From Dehalococcoidia bacterium (GTDB lineage: Bacteria; Chloroflexota; Dehalococcoidia; Plut-88900): 64,000 bases of DNA. The notes below the pieces were generated by a model that saw only the letters and a list, made by a program, of their open reading frames with translations, did no database searches and was not told the origin of the DNA. Shown here in pieces: positions 62,145-64,000 of this stretch. The translations under genes were made by a program, and so were the position numbers. The DNA lies in assembly GCA_965207225.1 (NCBI GenBank), contig CBDBLV010000005.1, positions 1 to 64,000 on the forward strand, written 5' to 3'. Each line of letters begins with the position of its first letter. Position 1 is the stretch's first letter.

Positions 62145-64000
62145 CTACTTCTCAGTAGCCACCCAGATCCTTTGGCCATCCGTCTCCACATGGATAGCCC
62201 CGACCTCCGCCGTGATCAGGATGCGGCCCGGTGGCACCCGACTCGCCAGCGTGGCAAGGGTCTCGGGGTGGGGATGACCGTAGCGGTTGTCGGCCCCCGA
62301 GGATATGAGAACAAGGCCCGGGTCTACGGCTGCTATGAACTCGGGGGTGGAGGAGGAGTTGCTGCCGTGATGGGGCGTGGTCATGACGGTGCTGTCCAGG
62401 GGAGCGCCTTGTCTTAACAGGTAACTTTCGGAGAAGGCCTCAATGTCCCCTGTAAACAGGAAGCTCGTCTCCCCGTACTCCAGCCTGAATACCACCGAAT
62501 TGTTGTTGGCGTGGGCGTCCGTCCCGACCAGGGGTCGGGGTGGTGGGTGGAGGATGTGTAGTCCGAGTTCTTCTCCGACCAGCACCCGGGTCCCGACCCG
62601 TGCTTCCAGCGGGGTAATGTCTTGTCGGCTTAGGAGAGCCTCCCACGCCCGGTAGTCGGCCTCGTTACCCGGTGTAGTGCAGTTAACACCGCACTGGATG
62701 ACGCTCCCGACCTCGTACCTCTCCATCAGCCCGGCTAGCCCCGAAAGATGGTCGGTGTCAGGGTGAGTGAGAACGACGAGATCAATTTTGCGATGCCAGG
62801 GGGGCAGATGCTGGCCAAGCTCCAGGATGAGGGTGTCGGGGTCCGGACCACCATCCACCAGCATGGTCACAGGGCCCGGGGCCTGGATGAGGAACGAATC
62901 GCCTTGGCCCACGTCCAGGACAGTGACCTTCAGCCTTTTATCCGTGGAAACGCCGGAGAATATGAAGAAGGCGCCTAGAAGTATGGTCGCCGACAGCAAT
63001 AGAGCCGATCTTGGGCCCAGCAAGACCGAGACCTTGGGCCTTGGCACGCTGCGAAGGCTCGGGAACTCCGGAAGGTCCGAGCGGTGGAGGGCCTTGGGCC
63101 AACGTCGTCGGGCCCACCACAGGAGCCCGAGCCAGAGGGCATAGTAGAGAAGAGAGAGGTAGGGGGCTATCGGTCCGGCGTCCACAGTCAGGCCCGGGAC
63201 CCGGGCAAAGAGCCCGATCACCGCCGTCATCCACATCAGCCACGGCCATGCAATCCACGATAGCACCTGCCCCGCCGCCTCCGACACCATCCCCCCCACC
63301 CCGACCACAAAGGCGGAAACTAGGGCCGGAGGCATAACCGGTAGGACCAGCAAGGTCGCGGGCAGGCCCACGGGAGAAAGAAATTGGAAGTTAACGGCAA
63401 CAACGGGCAGAGTGGCCAGAATTGCGGCCAGGGAAATAGCAGTGGCTTCTACGAAGAACTTGACGACGACTCCTGCTAGTCCCTCGGGCTCCCAGTGCCG
63501 GGCCACTAGCTTCAGGCCCCCGGCCCGGAACCAGGGCCCGAGAAGCAACAGGCCCGCCATGGCCAGGAAGCTGAGCTGAAAGGAAAGTTCTGCCAGGAGG
63601 TCGGGGTCGATGACGACCATGACGGCCGCGGCGGCGGAGAGCGCCGTCAGGCCGCTTCGCTGCCTTCCAAGGTAGATCGCCCACAGGTATAGGGTTGCCA
63701 TGATCGCTGCCCGGGCCACGGGCGGCGAGAACCCCGTCAGCAGGGCGTAGGCCCACACAAAGACCAGGGGGGCAATGATATATAGCTGCCTCCTCCTGCC
63801 GAGGACCGTCGCGCTTCCCAGGCTCACCAGCCCCACCAGGATTCCCACGTGCAGCCCCGAGATTGCTACCAGGTGCGTCGTCCCGGTCTGAGCCAGGTCG
63901 TCCCTCAGTTCGGAGGGCAGCCCGCTCCGAATTCCCAGCAGAAGGGCCTGTGACAGGGAGGCATGGGGCTCGGGGAGCGACTCGCCGAGCGATCCGGCCA
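62145..64000 (-). CDS. comEC: ComEC/Rec2 competence protein (5' end outside the window)
   Basis: HLVAISGLHVG, RAAIM, SFQLSF, DVGQGD, LTHPDTDH, HHGS, YGHPH. Confidence 0.95.
   Translation of the reverse strand, partial: AGSLGESLPEPHASLSQALLLGIRSGLPSELRDDLAQTGTTHLVAISGLHVGILVGLVSLGSATVLGRRRQLYIIAPLVFVWAYALLTGFSPPVARAAIMATLYLWAIYLGRQRSGLTALSAAAAVMVVIDPDLLAELSFQLSFLAMAGLLLLGPWFRAGGLKLVARHWEPEGLAGVVVKFFVEATAISLAAILATLPVVAVNFQFLSPVGLPATLLVLPVMPPALVSAFVVGVGGMVSEAAGQVLSWIAWPWLMWMTAVIGLFARVPGLTVDAGPIAPYLSLLYYALWLGLLWWARRRWPKALHRSDLPEFPSLRSVPRPKVSVLLGPRSALLLSATILLGAFFIFSGVSTDKRLKVTVLDVGQGDSFLIQAPGPVTMLVDGGPDPDTLILELGQHLPPWHRKIDLVVLTHPDTDHLSGLAGLMERYEVGSVIQCGVNCTTPGNEADYRAWEALLSRQDITPLEARVGTRVLVGEELGLHILHPPPRPLVGTDAHANNNSVVFRLEYGETSFLFTGDIEAFSESYLLRQGAPLDSTVMTTPHHGSNSSSTPEFIAAVDPGLVLISSGADNRYGHPHPETLATLASRVPPGRILITAEVGAIHVETDGQRIWVATEK

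Overview
GC-rich bacterial DNA, most consistent with a Chloroflexota/Dehalococcoidia (SAR202-like, possibly sponge-associated) genome; this taxonomy is inferred from gene content and paralog expansions. There is an abrupt junction at ~4510. Left of it are frameshift-riddled mutM and LRR genes; right of it the ORFs are largely clean, starting mid-SDR. The main segment carries a plant-type LRR lipoprotein and a pheS-pheT operon split by five tandem amidohydrolase paralogs (order A-B-C-B'-C') plus a low-GC ORF. It also has many catabolic or transport genes (LLM monooxygenases, amidohydrolases, MFS, CoA transferase, MCC-like carboxylase) and scattered TA and nuclease genes or remnants. A stand-alone ~3.1 kb 23S rRNA gene with its own promoter and expansion segments is followed by tRNA-fMet, with no adjacent 16S or 5S. 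The window ends with EamA genes, a DUF503/DUF1998-helicase/MBL/AcuC/LLM run and partial comEC. The most unusual non-coding signals are at 47.3-47.8 kb: an array of GATTG(AA) motifs phased at 10.5 bp and a neighbouring ~215-nt rod-like structured element. No database search was run; family assignments are from motif recognition.
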